Below are positions 19,384-31,214 of a DNA stretch of 64,000 bases, piece by piece. The position numbers and the translations under genes are program-made. Below the pieces are notes generated by a model that saw only the letters and a program-made list of their open reading frames with translations, had not been told where the DNA came from and ran no database searches. The DNA is from Savitreella phatthalungensis. Lineage: Eukaryota. Position 1 is the first letter of the stretch; each line of letters opens with the position of its first letter. The stretch is taken from positions 558,001-622,000 of the forward strand of contig AP039693.1 in assembly GCA_051599415.1 (NCBI GenBank). The letters run 5' to 3'.

Positions 19384-20982
19384 ATGCTGATCCTCGCAGA
19401 GACAGCTGCAGGCTACGCCCTTTTCCAGGCAAAGGACAAGCTCGTCAAGAAGGACGTTCGTCAAGAGCTCAGCAGCGCAGAAAAGACCGCAGCAGCACTT
19501 AAGCTTCAGGCTTTCCGCAAGTTCGAAAACACTGCAGACGCACTCGACAACGTTAGCGCAATCATCGATGGAAAAGTTTCACCGGCTCTTGCATCTCTGC
19601 TCAAGGACGTCAAGGACAAGGAATCCCTCGTTGTTGCAGACGCAAAGCTCGGCAATGCTATCAACAAGGTAGATGGGCTGAAATTCAACATCGTCGCAGA
19701 TTCCACCACCCACGACATCTACCGCGCGATCCGTGAGCACATGTCGTCCCTCATCTCTGGCCTCTCCCCTGAAGACCTTTCCACAATGTCTCTCGGTCTC
19801 TCACACTCGCTCTCTCGTCATAAACTCAAATTCTCGCCCGACAAAGTGGACACAATGATTGTCCAGGCTATCGCACTGCTCGACGACCTTGACAAGGAGC
19901 TCAACACATATGCGATGCGTGTCAAGGAGTGGTACGGCTGGCACTTCCCGGAAATGGCACGAATCGTCCAGGACAACATGGCATACGCTCGAGTGATCAA
20001 GAAGATGGGCATGCGGACGAGCTGTGCAGACACAGACTTCAGCGACACCTTGCCAGAGGAGATTGAGCAGCAGCTCAAGCAGGCAGCCGAAATCTCCATG
20101 GGCACAGAAATCACAGACGAGGATTTGGAAAACATCAATCTGCTTGCCGAACAGGTCCTCTCCCTGTCGGAGTACCGCATCCAGCTATCTGAATACCTGA
20201 AGAACCGAATGAACGCAATCGCCCCAAATCTGACAGTCCTCGTCGGCGAGCTCGTCGGTGCGAGATTGATCGCTCACGCAGGCTCACTCATGTCTCTTGC
20301 AAAGCAGCCTGCGTCGACAATTCAGATCTTGGGTGCAGAGAAGGCGTTGTTCCGTGCGCTGAAGACGAAGCATGACACGCCCAAATACGGTCTGATCTAC
20401 CACGCTTCCCTGATTGGCCAGGCGAGCAACAAGTCAAAGGCCAAGATTGCACGTGTGCTAGCTACAAAGGCAGCTTTGGGACTGCGTATCGACGCTCTCG
20501 GTGAGGAGGAGGGCAATGAGCTTGGATTCGAGCTCAGAGCAAAGGTCGAGGCTCGTCTGCGAGCGCTCGATGGTATCAAGGCTCTGCCTGAGCCATCAGT
20601 TCAGCTCCAGCGGTCGTCCGGCCAGCAGGCCAAGTTCCAGCTGAAGGCTGGTGCAGGTTACTCTGCTTCCACAGACGCTGTCCAGGGCACAGGTCTCGCA
20701 CCGACAGACCCAGTGGAGAAGAAATCATCTTCGAAGAAGCGCAAGGAGGTCGAGCTTGACGAAGCCGTGGAGGAGATTGTTGCGAACGGTGCTGAAGTGG
20801 AAGAGTCAAAGGAAGCACGGAAGGAGCGGAAGAGAATGGAGAAGGAGGCAAAGAAGTCGAGCAAGAAGGCAAAGCTGGCAATCGACGAAGCCGAGCAGGT
20901 CAACGGCGGTGAGGAAACAGAAGCAGAGCGAAAGGCCCGTAGAAAGGCTGAAAAGGCAGCGAAGAAAGCAGCCAAACAGTAG
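19384..20982 (+). CDS. NOP58: Box C/D snoRNP core protein Nop58
   Basis: [66 protein letters not shown] and a KE-rich tail. Confidence 0.97.
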   Translation: MLILAETAAGYALFQAKDKLVKKDVRQELSSAEKTAAALKLQAFRKFENTADALDNVSAIIDGKVSPALASLLKDVKDKESLVVADAKLGNAINKVDGLKFNIVADSTTHDIYRAIREHMSSLISGLSPEDLSTMSLGLSHSLSRHKLKFSPDKVDTMIVQAIALLDDLDKELNTYAMRVKEWYGWHFPEMARIVQDNMAYARVIKKMGMRTSCADTDFSDTLPEEIEQQLKQAAEISMGTEITDEDLENINLLAEQVLSLSEYRIQLSEYLKNRMNAIAPNLTVLVGELVGARLIAHAGSLMSLAKQPASTIQILGAEKALFRALKTKHDTPKYGLIYHASLIGQASNKSKAKIARVLATKAALGLRIDALGEEEGNELGFELRAKVEARLRALDGIKALPEPSVQLQRSSGQQAKFQLKAGAGYSASTDAVQGTGLAPTDPVEKKSSSKKRKEVELDEAVEEIVANGAEVEESKEARKERKRMEKEAKKSSKKAKLAIDEAEQVNGGEETEAERKARRKAEKAAKKAAKQ

Positions 20983-21144
20983 ACCGCTCAGCACAGTAGC
21001 CCCAGAGCCCAACAAGGCCTGGGCATGCATGCATGTATATACACATCTATCGATACATTTTATAAAGACTCGTTCGTAAGGACTCCAAATTTCATCTGGC
21101 CCGTTCCATCTATGTAATGGAAGGTCCGGATCACGAGTGTTCGT

Positions 21145-21537
21145 TCAATTATTGGTACTGAACTTGTAAGCGCAGCGAGGACATTCGTAGAAGACTGTTG
21201 ATCCTTCGTCTGCAGATCTGAGTTGCATTGTGAAGAAGGTCATCTGAGGGTTATCGCATTTTGGACATTTCTCCTCGATCGTTGCCCTTCCTTCGGGATT
21301 GTCATCTCCACCGGCCTGCATATCCTCCATCACGCTCGCCACCTGGACGACCGACCTCTTCTGCTTCAGCACGCTGGGAAAAGAGCCAGGAGCACTCCGC
21401 GTCACCACCTCAACATCCCTGTAAGTAGCAGCATTGTAGTTGGCACCACACGCATCACAGGTGATCACCGAAGCCGCTGACCTATCCAGCAGCGATCCAC
21501 ACTTCTTGCAAAATACCAGTGATCCCACAATCGACAT
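21145..21537 (-). CDS. RPA12: RNA polymerase I subunit A12.2
   Basis: Two Zn ribbons: GSLVFCKKCGSLL and EKCPKC...QLRSADEGSTVFYECPRC. Confidence 0.95.
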   Translation of the reverse strand: MSIVGSLVFCKKCGSLLDRSAASVITCDACGANYNAATYRDVEVVTRSAPGSFPSVLKQKRSVVQVASVMEDMQAGGDDNPEGRATIEEKCPKCDNPQMTFFTMQLRSADEGSTVFYECPRCAYKFSTNN

Positions 21538-22288
21538 CCGGAAAGCGTGGTGCTCAGAATCTTAGAGCCAAGTGGAAGATTGAGAGTGGAGAAGAGAAGT
21601 GAACGATAAGAAGCTTGATGATGATGATGGTGATGATGATGCTTGTCCCTGATGTGCCTGTATAAGGAGAGGACCCCTTCCTACTTTGCTTGTACGTTAT
21701 ATGGCAGCTCTTTAGAGTTGTCAAGTATATTGATTGGAAATTTATTTTGGAAATCAATCTTGAATTTGATCCCATGCAGTCCTGTGTATGATCGATCTAC
21801 TGTATCTAAATTATATGGCCATGTCTCTATTGCTTCTCACCCAGAACAGCGTCAACGTCTGAAAAGAAAAAATGATCTGACTTGAATTAGATTGGATCAA
21901 ATGATGAGATGCGAAGTCGGGATGCATCATTCATTCATCATTCGTTCAGGAAGGTCTACCAGAACGGGTAAACCCATAGACTCCATCCATATACTGTATA
22001 CTTGTACTTTGGAGTAGTAACGCGTCAAGCCAGGAGTCATCATCATCATCATCATCATCTATAGTATCATCAGCATCATTGCCTTAACCACCTTCATCTT
22101 CTTCCTCTTCTTGAAGCGTATATCATCATCCACAGCAGAAGCAACTTCCACATAGACCTCCTCCACATTCAGTCATCCACACTTCATCACCCACTACTGC
22201 TACCCATCCGCTCACGGAATCTCGCTTCTTCACAACAAAAGAGACTGAACCAAGTGCGCTCTTCCTCCATCAGCCTCATGCCGACGAG

Positions 22289-23209
22289 ATGACTCAGGAA
22301 TTCAAAGGCGTTCATGCCGTTCGCGTTGGCGAATCCATGCTCGCTTCAAGGTCCGCAAATAAGCCTTCCGCTGGCAGCAATAACCTCCGCAAAGGAACCT
22401 CAAATGCATCCACATCAACCCCATCCTCCTCTCACTCCAACCTCAACTCAACTTCCTCCTCTCTTCTTCACGGCATCAAATACAATTTCCAGCCAGGGAC
22501 GCTCGACCTTACAAAACCAGGCCTTCTAAAATCCTCCAGCTCTGGCACATCCGGAGAAGAGACGCTCACCCTCACACTTCACGGACAATCTGGTGAGCAG
22601 CACGTCTACCGTGGGACCCGTCAGCCGATGAAGGATGTCGACTGCGTGCTCGTCTATGACGAAGCCACCCAGAGTTATACACTCGAGAGACTAGGCACGA
22701 TGGCCAGGCTTGACCATCAGCGTAGTAAAGCTGCAAAGGAAGTTCCTGCTCCGTCCGCAGTACCCGTACCAGCAGGCAAGAAACTCCAGAGCTCGACGCC
22801 AGCAGAGACAGAGAACTCTGTGAGTAAGGAGACTCCAGCTGCGGAAGCAAAAGTCAACAACAAGTCAGCCAGTACGCAGACAAGCGCAGTAGAGACTAAG
22901 AGCTCTCTACCAAGCTCACGCACCAGATCACATAGCACGGCAAGCACCGCAGCATCACAGCCCAAGGTGCCTGCCAAAGCGAAACCGCCAGCTAAACCGA
23001 CCACCGTCCAGGACATCAACGAGGACGAAGACGAAGACCTAGACGACTTTGCCAGCATGCTTGAAAGCACACTCGGTAGCGAATCAGGCACTCCTGCTGG
23101 CAGTACTGCCCAGCCGTCGCAACGATCTACGCGACGCAGTACCTCTGGCCTGTCCAAGGCCAACACTGGAGCAGCGGATGGCGACGAGTCTAGCGAAGAC
23201 GATTCATGA
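22289..23209 (+). CDS. ELL-associated factor (EAF domain) transcription elongation protein
   Basis: HGIKYNFQP...VYRG...DCVLVYDEATQSYTLERL matches the EAF N-terminal domain; acidic Ser-rich C-terminus. Confidence 0.8.
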   Translation: MTQEFKGVHAVRVGESMLASRSANKPSAGSNNLRKGTSNASTSTPSSSHSNLNSTSSSLLHGIKYNFQPGTLDLTKPGLLKSSSSGTSGEETLTLTLHGQSGEQHVYRGTRQPMKDVDCVLVYDEATQSYTLERLGTMARLDHQRSKAAKEVPAPSAVPVPAGKKLQSSTPAETENSVSKETPAAEAKVNNKSASTQTSAVETKSSLPSSRTRSHSTASTAASQPKVPAKAKPPAKPTTVQDINEDEDEDLDDFASMLESTLGSESGTPAGSTAQPSQRSTRRSTSGLSKANTGAADGDESSEDDS

Positions 23210-23545
23210 CAACACAACCATTCGTTCTACATCGATCTGGCATATCGAAAGATAGCATCCGTAGAGTTGATATCCAATAAAGAGCAATTTACTCCATCGT
23301 GCATTGGTGGCGAGAACGACTCTGCATGATGAAATAATATCTGGTACATTCACTCAATCACGTGGATAGCTTCACAGAATAATCACGTGATTGCTTCATC
23401 CCGTCACCCGATGAGCTAGACCTCAGGATATATACATACTCAATAGATCTCCTGACTGCCGTCATAGAAACTATAATCGTACTTTAGAAGCGTCCAACGC
23501 CAGTCATCGCTTCCTCTTATAGCGGACAGCTGAGTCACATCACCC

Positions 23546-25576
23546 ATGGCAGACCGGACACCAGCTAGAAGAAACGGTCCAGCAACGCCCAGGCCACAGG
23601 GCAGTATTCTGAGGACGCTCTTCTCTCCTGCAACATGGTTCCAGGGACAATCCGGTGTATCTCAGTCCCAACAGCCATCACATAATGAACAGTCAGACAC
23701 GTCCATGGGTGAAGCTGGGAATGACAATGACGACGATGACGATGATGATGATGAAGAGGACAGCTCCAGCACTGATTCACAGGACGAAGAAGAACAAATT
23801 GGTCTCGTGTCCGGCGCAACTATACGCGCCCATGCCACGAACAGCCCACAGTCATTCCGTCTGCCTCAGACAAAATCACAGCAACAGACTCCGCAGCTCC
23901 CTTCAGCAGCTGCTCGGACAGGGGCCTCACCCAACGCCCTCCTAGCAGACTTCTTCGCCCACAAAGGCAACACCCCTCTATCAGCTATTGAGATTGCGGG
24001 CGTGCAGGCCTTGCTGCAGGGTGGATCGACCACCGAGCTCATAACACCATCGCATCCTCCATCGCGGCTCCCCGTTTCCGGCGCAAACGGGGCCTCCTTC
24101 GCCGTACCCGTCTCTGCAAGGCGACCCTACCAGCCTATCTTCACGCCAGCAAACTCACGTGCAGGCACATTCCGTTCAGCCGCGACATCCATTCGGAAAG
24201 TATCACGACCGGGCACAGGCGTCGCTGTCGGAAGCCCCTTCAGACATCGTCGGTCAGGGCTGCCGATACCATCTGCCTCTGCAGCTGCCTCGCGTGCGAC
24301 TGCGAACGCCAGAGCCCTTGACACCGACTCGCCCTCGACCACGCTCAACGCTCAAGGAAAACGCGTTCTCGACGACGACGCAGCGCCAGACGCCAAGCGC
24401 CGTCGCCCTGCTCCGTCATCCTCGCTCGGCACTTCGCCCGCGGGAGAGATCACAGGCCAGCGAACTGCGGACGCGATGCTCGAGATTCTCAATAACAACA
24501 CGCTTGCACCTGAGGAAGACGAGAATTCGGTGACATTGCCAAAAGATAAGGAAGCACTGAAGACGATGCTGAATCCATACGCTCCAGCAGCCAGTACTCG
24601 TAAACAACTGGTAACGCCCCGACGCCAGCAGACGGCTCTCACCCCCCAGCGGAGCGCGATCGACGAGATTGAGCGCTCTGCAGGCTACGCTCGTAATGCG
24701 ACTGCTGCAGCATCAGCCTACAAGCCGAAGCAGTCTAGTGCGCTCGCGACGCAATCGCCAGCTTCGGCATCAACAGATACGATCTTCAGCCCGCCAAAGA
24801 ATGGCAAATTTGAGATCCAGCCTAAATCACTCTTTCCCATCGCCACGCCGTCCGCAATGGACGACGAAGAGGAGGAAAACGACGATGACGACAAAGGAGA
24901 AGAGACGGGACCTGCTCCTGTGAAGTCACCAACAGCTACAAAGCCAAGCATCTCTTCAGGCCAAGACACCCCTACACAGCTGCCGAAGCCAGCACTGGTC
25001 CACCAGCTTCGCGACGGCACTGAATACATCTCGCCCAGCAAGCCAACGACTTCTGCTTCCTCCGCTTCCCAACCGGCATCAGCTCCTCCCGCCCCCGCCG
25101 GCGGCTTCGTCTTCAAACCTCCCACATCCACCACATCGACAACGCCAGCATTCACCTTCAACCGCGTCCCTCCAACAACGTCGACCACCACCGGCGGTGG
25201 TTTCGTCTTCAATCCCAACCCCCAACCACCACCAACACAGAAAAACACCTCATCACCACCGACATCATCATCAACTCCAAAAGACCGCGTTCTAGCCCTC
25301 ACAGAGAACGAGCTACCACTGACCATCTACGATTTCTACGTGACGCCGTCGGTGGTCGGTGGCTCTCTTGTTCGTGAGCGTGCGCTGGGAGGTATTGTTG
25401 GGGAGGTGAATTTTGGAGAGGAGGTTGCTGCTGCTGCTGCCGGCGGATTCGATTGGGTTAAAGCAGGCTTAGCAAAACCGCAGACGACAAAGGAAGAGTG
25501 GATCTGTGGCGTATGCATGTGCAAATCACCAGGGACGGTCGATAGTTGTGTAGTATGTGAGTCTCCAAGGACGTGA
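23546..25576 (+). CDS. Nup60-like nuclear basket nucleoporin with C-terminal RanBP2-type zinc finger
   Basis: SPNALLADFFAHKGNTPLSAIEIAGVQALL resembles the conserved fungal Nup60 block; FxF repeats (GGFVFK, AFTFN, GGFVFN); W-x-C-x2-C-x10-C-x2-C at the end. Confidence 0.7.
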   Translation: MADRTPARRNGPATPRPQGSILRTLFSPATWFQGQSGVSQSQQPSHNEQSDTSMGEAGNDNDDDDDDDDEEDSSSTDSQDEEEQIGLVSGATIRAHATNSPQSFRLPQTKSQQQTPQLPSAAARTGASPNALLADFFAHKGNTPLSAIEIAGVQALLQGGSTTELITPSHPPSRLPVSGANGASFAVPVSARRPYQPIFTPANSRAGTFRSAATSIRKVSRPGTGVAVGSPFRHRRSGLPIPSASAAASRATANARALDTDSPSTTLNAQGKRVLDDDAAPDAKRRRPAPSSSLGTSPAGEITGQRTADAMLEILNNNTLAPEEDENSVTLPKDKEALKTMLNPYAPAASTRKQLVTPRRQQTALTPQRSAIDEIERSAGYARNATAAASAYKPKQSSALATQSPASASTDTIFSPPKNGKFEIQPKSLFPIATPSAMDDEEEENDDDDKGEETGPAPVKSPTATKPSISSGQDTPTQLPKPALVHQLRDGTEYISPSKPTTSASSASQPASAPPAPAGGFVFKPPTSTTSTTPAFTFNRVPPTTSTTTGGGFVFNPNPQPPPTQKNTSSPPTSSSTPKDRVLALTENELPLTIYDFYVTPSVVGGSLVRERALGGIVGEVNFGEEVAAAAAGGFDWVKAGLAKPQTTKEEWICGVCMCKSPGTVDSCVVCESPRT

Positions 25577-25769
25577 TATCAATGGGATGAATGTGGTTTT
25601 TCTTTTCTACGAGTGTCTTTGAGGGGTGAGAGGAGGGACGGTCCAGGAGCATCAACCGCGCATCTGTCCAAAAAATGAGACAGCCCGGTGAGTGGGTCCT
25701 ATCGCGCACCTACACGTACCCACATAAATATGCTAGTTCTTTTTGTTGATGAGAAGGAGAAGAGGATGT

Positions 25770-26675
25770 TTATGCCCACTCGGTAGTGGCGGTGGCGTCA
25801 GCTGACCAGTCAGCTGCAGCGTCCCAGTCGGCACCTCCGGCGGCGCCGGCGTTGGGTCCTGCGTTGGCGGTTGCGTTGGCGGTGGCGACAGCTGCGGTGG
25901 CTGGGTCTACGCCACCTGCTCCACCGACGACGTTGACTGCGCCAGACTCTGCCTGCCAGTCAGGCTCGTTCGTGGCACCGGTAGCGGCGGCGTTGGCACC
26001 GGTCGTGTCCTCGAGAGCCTTCTGCTCATCCTCCTCCTGCTGTTGCTCTTCAGGGTCGCGGTAGAAGTACAAGTCGACCATCACGCTCCACGGCTGAGTG
26101 CGAGAGGCGATCGTGCCACGAAGGCGGAGCACCTCACGCGCAAGCAGCCACCAGATAAGGCCGATCGAGTGACGGCCCTTGTTGTTGCAGGGGATAGCAA
26201 CGTCGACGTGCTGGAGAGGAGAGTCAGAGTCGCAGAGAGCGATGACGGGGATGTTGACGTAGGAAGCCTCCTTGATTGCCTGAGCGTCCGTGCGTGGGTC
26301 CGTGACGATGATCAGACGTGGCTCTTTGAACGAGCGGGTGATGTAGTTGGTGAAGTTACCCGGGGTGAAACGACCAGCGATGGCAGAGGCACCAGTGTGG
26401 GCGGCGTACTTGAGCACCGCACGCTGTCCCCACGGACGAGCAGAGATCGCGCAGACATCAGCAGGGTTGTCAATCGTCGCAATGATACGGGCAGCGAGCA
26501 CGATCTTCTCCCAGGTCTTGCCAATGTTCAGCACGTGAACACCGTCCTGACGACGCTTGTAGATGTAAGGGGTCATCTTGGTGTTGGCGTTGCGAGCACC
26601 GATGTGCGTCTGAGCACCGAGCATCATCTGGATGGTCTCCTGGTCGGCATCGAAGGCGGCGGGAAGCTTAGACAT
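25770..26675 (-). CDS. RPS0: 40S ribosomal protein S0 (uS2)
   Basis: [53 protein letters not shown] and [10 protein letters not shown]. Confidence 0.98.
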   Translation of the reverse strand: MSKLPAAFDADQETIQMMLGAQTHIGARNANTKMTPYIYKRRQDGVHVLNIGKTWEKIVLAARIIATIDNPADVCAISARPWGQRAVLKYAAHTGASAIAGRFTPGNFTNYITRSFKEPRLIIVTDPRTDAQAIKEASYVNIPVIALCDSDSPLQHVDVAIPCNNKGRHSIGLIWWLLAREVLRLRGTIASRTQPWSVMVDLYFYRDPEEQQQEEDEQKALEDTTGANAAATGATNEPDWQAESGAVNVVGGAGGVDPATAAVATANATANAGPNAGAAGGADWDAAADWSADATATTEWA

Positions 26676-27055
26676 CTTGGGCAGTTACTAATAACGACTG
26701 TACGTTTGCTGAAATGATACCTTGTAACCCCTGTCGTCGAGATCCTCGGTGTTGGTCGCGTAGGTAGACGACGTTGTGCTAGTGAGAGACAGGTGAGTGA
26801 ACGAGTGAGTGATTCTGGAATGGATCCAATTGAACTTTTGCGTCCCACGAATACTTGCTGATCACTTTTGAATGAAGAAATGTGGCTGATGAGTAAAGAC
26901 ACGTGAATTGTGGCAGATGAATCATGAATCTAATTTTAGTAACAGGAGAAGGTGTAAGTGCCTGACGCCATCCTCCTCATCCTCTTCTTCATCCTCCTTT
27001 ATTACGCTTGCTGCTTCTTCAAGTCTCTTGCGTAGGCAATCCTCTCGTACTTGTT

Positions 27056-28231
27056 ATGCCATCGATAGAAGAGATCGATAATCAGGTCCAGGTGATCGCC
27101 CTGGACGACAAGGCTGCACCGATCCGCAAGACAGCAAGCACACAAACTACCGCTGTCGGTCCAGAGCTCCCAGACGTCATCAAGGATGTGAGAGAGCGGT
27201 CGTTTGACGACCGATTCGCTGAACTCAACAGAATACCGTTGTTCATGCGACAATTGGACGAGACTGATGGAAAAGGTGGGGACAATGACGAACTAGATGC
27301 GCTCAAGTCGCTGGCTTACGAAGGTGAGCCCTGGGAAGTGGCCACGCAGATGAAGGAGAACGGAAATGAGTGTTTTGTGCAGAAGGAATACAAGGACGCC
27401 TGCGAGTACTACACGTCAGCGCTCGCGCAGAACAGTGGGAAGGGCGAGCTTGATGCTGTGTGCTACGCCAATCGTGCCGCCTGCCAACTCGAATTGAAGA
27501 ACTACGGGAAGGCGCTTGCCGATTGTGGGCGTGCGCTCAAGCTGCAGCCTACGAACGTAAAGGCGCTGTACCGGAGTGTGCGAGCGTGCCTGGCCGTGGA
27601 CCGGCTGGACGAGGCGCAGGACGGTCTCGAGCGTGGCCTCAAACTCGACCCTTCCAACAAACCCATGCTCGCCCTCCTCGACAGCCTCCAGTCCAAGCTA
27701 GCCACACAGCTCGCAAAGCGACAGGCCCAAGACGCAAGGCGTGACCTCGCCCTCAGACACAAACACAACCTCGACCACGCCATCCGCGCACGTGGCTTCA
27801 CTCGCACAACCTCCAAAGTCCCACCGGATATGCCCGCGGGCTCGGAGATGGGATTGTCGGATCCCGAAGACCCTGCCTCGTTGCTGTACTTCCCGACAGT
27901 CGTGCTGTATCCGTGTGAGGGTCAGAGTGATTTTTTGGGTCGGGTGTACGAGGCTGACAGTGTGGGTGAGGCTGTTGTTGGGACTGTGCTTGGTGAGCGG
28001 CCCGGGTGGGATGTGAAGGGTGAGTATGGGGAGGAGAGCGTGGATGTGTTTGTGCCGACAAATGCAGGACGGCTGATCAGGGTGCCCGCGCGTGATACTG
28101 TCATCGGCACAATCCTCGCCAATCCCAAAGTCGACCTCACTGACGGACTCTTCACAGTCATGCTCGTGCCCAAACACAAGGCAAAGACCTTCATCGACAC
28201 GTACATCGCACGTCACGCCACCGATGCGTGA
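27056..28231 (+). CDS. CNS1: Hsp70/Hsp90 TPR co-chaperone Cns1 (TTC4 family)
   Basis: First ATG at 27056. PLFM..LDETDG..GDNDELDALKSLAYEGEPWEVA, TPR repeats (NRAACQLELKNY) and wheel domain (FP...LYP...QSDF). Confidence 0.93.
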   Translation: MPSIEEIDNQVQVIALDDKAAPIRKTASTQTTAVGPELPDVIKDVRERSFDDRFAELNRIPLFMRQLDETDGKGGDNDELDALKSLAYEGEPWEVATQMKENGNECFVQKEYKDACEYYTSALAQNSGKGELDAVCYANRAACQLELKNYGKALADCGRALKLQPTNVKALYRSVRACLAVDRLDEAQDGLERGLKLDPSNKPMLALLDSLQSKLATQLAKRQAQDARRDLALRHKHNLDHAIRARGFTRTTSKVPPDMPAGSEMGLSDPEDPASLLYFPTVVLYPCEGQSDFLGRVYEADSVGEAVVGTVLGERPGWDVKGEYGEESVDVFVPTNAGRLIRVPARDTVIGTILANPKVDLTDGLFTVMLVPKHKAKTFIDTYIARHATDA

Positions 28232-28343
28232 AGCGGCTCAGCACAAGACATAATGGAGGGAATGTGAGGTGTGCATCGCTCGTTTCTAGATCTATGGCAA
28301 CGTCGTGGATCTACCCACACAGCCCTACAGTACTCCCTCCTGC

Positions 28344-31214
28344 TCACTTGTAGCCCATGGTACGAGCGTACTCTGTGACTTCGTCCGTGGTGAGTTTGTC
28401 ACCTTGGACTGTCCAGTTGGCTGAGGATGAGCGTGGCCTGAATCTTGTGAGCGGTCTACCGTCTTTGCCCCTGAAGACTTCTTCCATGTGGAGTGGACCG
28501 ATGGGGCCGAAGACGTCGTCTGGGTCGACGCGGGCTTGCTTCTTCAGGAGTTTCCGGAGCTCAGGAGATTCAGCCCATGCAGGTGCAGTGAACGTAGCCG
28601 CCGCCTTCTTCAGCGCCGCAACGCCACCAGGAGCCAAATCGTCAGAAGAGTCAGAGTCGTAGTCAGTGTCGATCTCAGGCAATTCGATCGCCTCGCTTTC
28701 CACCATCGGCGTGTCAGTGACAGCTTGTGGTGGCTGAGGACCGGGATGTGTCTGTGTCTGCTTGGTCGCTTCAGAGGCTGCGAATTTCACAGTCTCGTTT
28801 GAAACCTTGACGAGCCCGTCGGCGATCGGTGGGAGCGCTTTGTTGACACCGCGAGTGTCGTCTGCAGTGCACCGTCGCTTGCCTTCCGGTGCGCCAGCTG
28901 CTGTCAGTTCGTCTTCCGGATCAGGTAAGGTTTTCTCGCGCTCGCGCTTGTTTGCGGTCGCTGGAGCTACCTGTGCCAGGTGTTGCTGTTGTGAGTCGGG
29001 CTTTCGGATGAAAGCCTTCTTCATTACGTTCTTCACCTCCCCAAGCTTCCGTTTCGTGGTACCGGTTGTAGAAGTACCCGCTACATCCTCCGCACGCCGG
29101 ACAGCGTTCTCCTGACGACGACGTTCGAGATCGCGTTTCGCGGCCTCTCGGCGCTCCTGCTCGCGAATTTCCTTCTCCTTCGCCTGCGTCGCAGCGGCGA
29201 GTGCTTTTATATGGTTATTGCCAGGTCGCTTCACTTGAGCTGTGGTGGCGACCCCAACAGCTGCAGCCACCGGGGCTGTCGAGGTCGAGGATGACGGCAA
29301 TGAGGCCGAGGTAGATGAGCTTGAAGATGCAGTAGATTGGCCGTTGAGATTAGCAACGATCGCTGTGGTCGCGAGAGATCCCGGCTTGCTCGTTGCTACG
29401 ACGGCTGCAGGGCGTGTCGGGTTGGTCTGCTTGCCAAGGTCTGCTTCACGCTGGGAAGCCGTGGCAACACGGATGCTGACAGGCTTTGACTTCGGTAGCA
29501 TCAAGGACTTTGGGATGGCCTTCGAAGGTCTAGATTCTTCATTCCGTGAAGATTGGTTCGATGGAGCAGCTCCGTTGAATTTGGCTGCCATTGAGTGCAT
29601 AGCATGAGCGACCTTCTTCGACGGTGAGCGGCGCGGCGATACCAGCTCTGCCTTCACAGTATGCGCCGGAGCAGCAGCGAGTGATGGGTAGAGTGACGGC
29701 GTTTCGGGAGCCTCTCGCTTGACTGCGGCAGTTGCTGTGAACATCATGCGTGGCGGCGAGACGAGTGGGGTCGTACTAGGGAGAGGGCGACGTTGCTGTG
29801 TGACAGTGGTCATTGTGTTAATTGCGGGTGCAGGCAGTCTGGCCTGGTGCCCGGTCGGCTCTCTGATAGGCTGCGTGGGAGATGCGAAAGCTTGGCGAGC
29901 TTGTCGCAAGTATGAGGTAGCCTTGGCAGAGGCGGCCTGCATAGCTGCCCGTAGTCCTCCAGGGGTCGCTGTGGCCTCCTCTGTGTGCATGACCTTTTCC
30001 GTCGACGCTGTCGAAGCCCCGGCAGTCGATTCTGAGCTAGCTGTTGCGCCACCTGTGGTCTGTGTCTCGCTTGCGCTCGCCGTAGCACTACCACTGCTCG
30101 CAAGCCTGGGCACCCACTCGTCATCATCCGCTGTGACTTCTGCTACTGTCTGAGTGATGAGCTTTGCGCTTTCTTGTAGAGCTATGGCTGGGGCAGCAGC
30201 AGGAGCGAGCACCGGGACAGTGGCTGCGCCGTCGACTGTGCTGATCCGCTCACGCTTGACAGCACTTGGAGAGCGTAACGATTGTTGCTGACGGACATGT
30301 GGGGTCGGTGGCTCCTGCTTGACGATGACTGGTTGTGCAATTGTGGATGCTGCAGTGCGGAATGTGGCGGGAGTTCTGCCGCCGAACGACTTTTTCGCGA
30401 ATGGCTGACGGGCTGGGAGAGAAGCGAAAGACATGGATGATCGCGGAGACGAGGATGGTGCTGCTACCGTGCCGCCTGTCTTGGGAGAGTCAAGATTGAT
30501 TGGCTCCAAGTAGTCCTGTGTCGCCTTGGCGTCGGATGGTTTGGCCTGTTGAGGTTGTGCTGGAATTTGCGGTTGGGCTTGAGCTTGCGTCTGGGTTTGC
30601 GTCTGCACAGACATTTGCGTCTGGGATTGCTCTCGCTGTCGTTCGGCTTCTCTAGCTTTGGACTCAAATGTCATGCGAGGCTTGCTAGAGACTGTGGATT
30701 TGCCTGCACCAGACCTACCAGCGACGACTTCTGTCTGCTGGCGTCCGGACTCACCTTGCGCTTTTGACTCCTTCACGGCTCTCAGGGTATTCAGAAGATT
30801 CTTGCGGCCGTCGTGTACTGGCTGCAGGGGCTCTGACGATGAAGCAGCGGTCTTTGTGGCAGCAGGTCTAGCTGATACCGATGCAGAGGCGCGTGCCGAT
30901 ACAGGAATGGAAGTTGATGAGATGGCGGCTGTGTTCGGCCGGTGTTTAGCGGGCGTCTTGTTGCGCAGCCTGCCTGGAGTCTTGAGCACTTCGTAGACTC
31001 CGGAAGCAACGCCGACGTGACGATTTTGACTATCTGCAGACAAGGGACGAGATAGGACCTCGCGGGTGTATTCGTTCAGCCAGTCGATATCCTCTGCAAC
31101 GTAGAATGCGAATTCCTCGAGCCGCTCGTGGGCTTGCCCATTGATATAAGCGAGTTCGGCATCGATCCATGCGGGTGTTGCGACTGCCATCCCAGCAGAA
31201 GATGACAAAGTCAT
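28344..31214 (-). CDS. Inner centromere protein INCENP (Pic1/Sli15), Aurora B activator; start may be 31190
   Basis: N-terminal helix (EEFAFYVAEDIDWLNEY), charged SAH region, C-terminal IN-box (LPEIDTD...PAWAESPEL...DPDDVFGPI...FRPRSSSANW). Confidence 0.9.
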   Translation of the reverse strand: MTLSSSAGMAVATPAWIDAELAYINGQAHERLEEFAFYVAEDIDWLNEYTREVLSRPLSADSQNRHVGVASGVYEVLKTPGRLRNKTPAKHRPNTAAISSTSIPVSARASASVSARPAATKTAASSSEPLQPVHDGRKNLLNTLRAVKESKAQGESGRQQTEVVAGRSGAGKSTVSSKPRMTFESKAREAERQREQSQTQMSVQTQTQTQAQAQPQIPAQPQQAKPSDAKATQDYLEPINLDSPKTGGTVAAPSSSPRSSMSFASLPARQPFAKKSFGGRTPATFRTAASTIAQPVIVKQEPPTPHVRQQQSLRSPSAVKRERISTVDGAATVPVLAPAAAPAIALQESAKLITQTVAEVTADDDEWVPRLASSGSATASASETQTTGGATASSESTAGASTASTEKVMHTEEATATPGGLRAAMQAASAKATSYLRQARQAFASPTQPIREPTGHQARLPAPAINTMTTVTQQRRPLPSTTPLVSPPRMMFTATAAVKREAPETPSLYPSLAAAPAHTVKAELVSPRRSPSKKVAHAMHSMAAKFNGAAPSNQSSRNEESRPSKAIPKSLMLPKSKPVSIRVATASQREADLGKQTNPTRPAAVVATSKPGSLATTAIVANLNGQSTASSSSSTSASLPSSSTSTAPVAAAVGVATTAQVKRPGNNHIKALAAATQAKEKEIREQERREAAKRDLERRRQENAVRRAEDVAGTSTTGTTKRKLGEVKNVMKKAFIRKPDSQQQHLAQVAPATANKREREKTLPDPEDELTAAGAPEGKRRCTADDTRGVNKALPPIADGLVKVSNETVKFAASEATKQTQTHPGPQPPQAVTDTPMVESEAIELPEIDTDYDSDSSDDLAPGGVAALKKAAATFTAPAWAESPELRKLLKKQARVDPDDVFGPIGPLHMEEVFRGKDGRPLTRFRPRSSSANWTVQGDKLTTDEVTEYARTMGYK

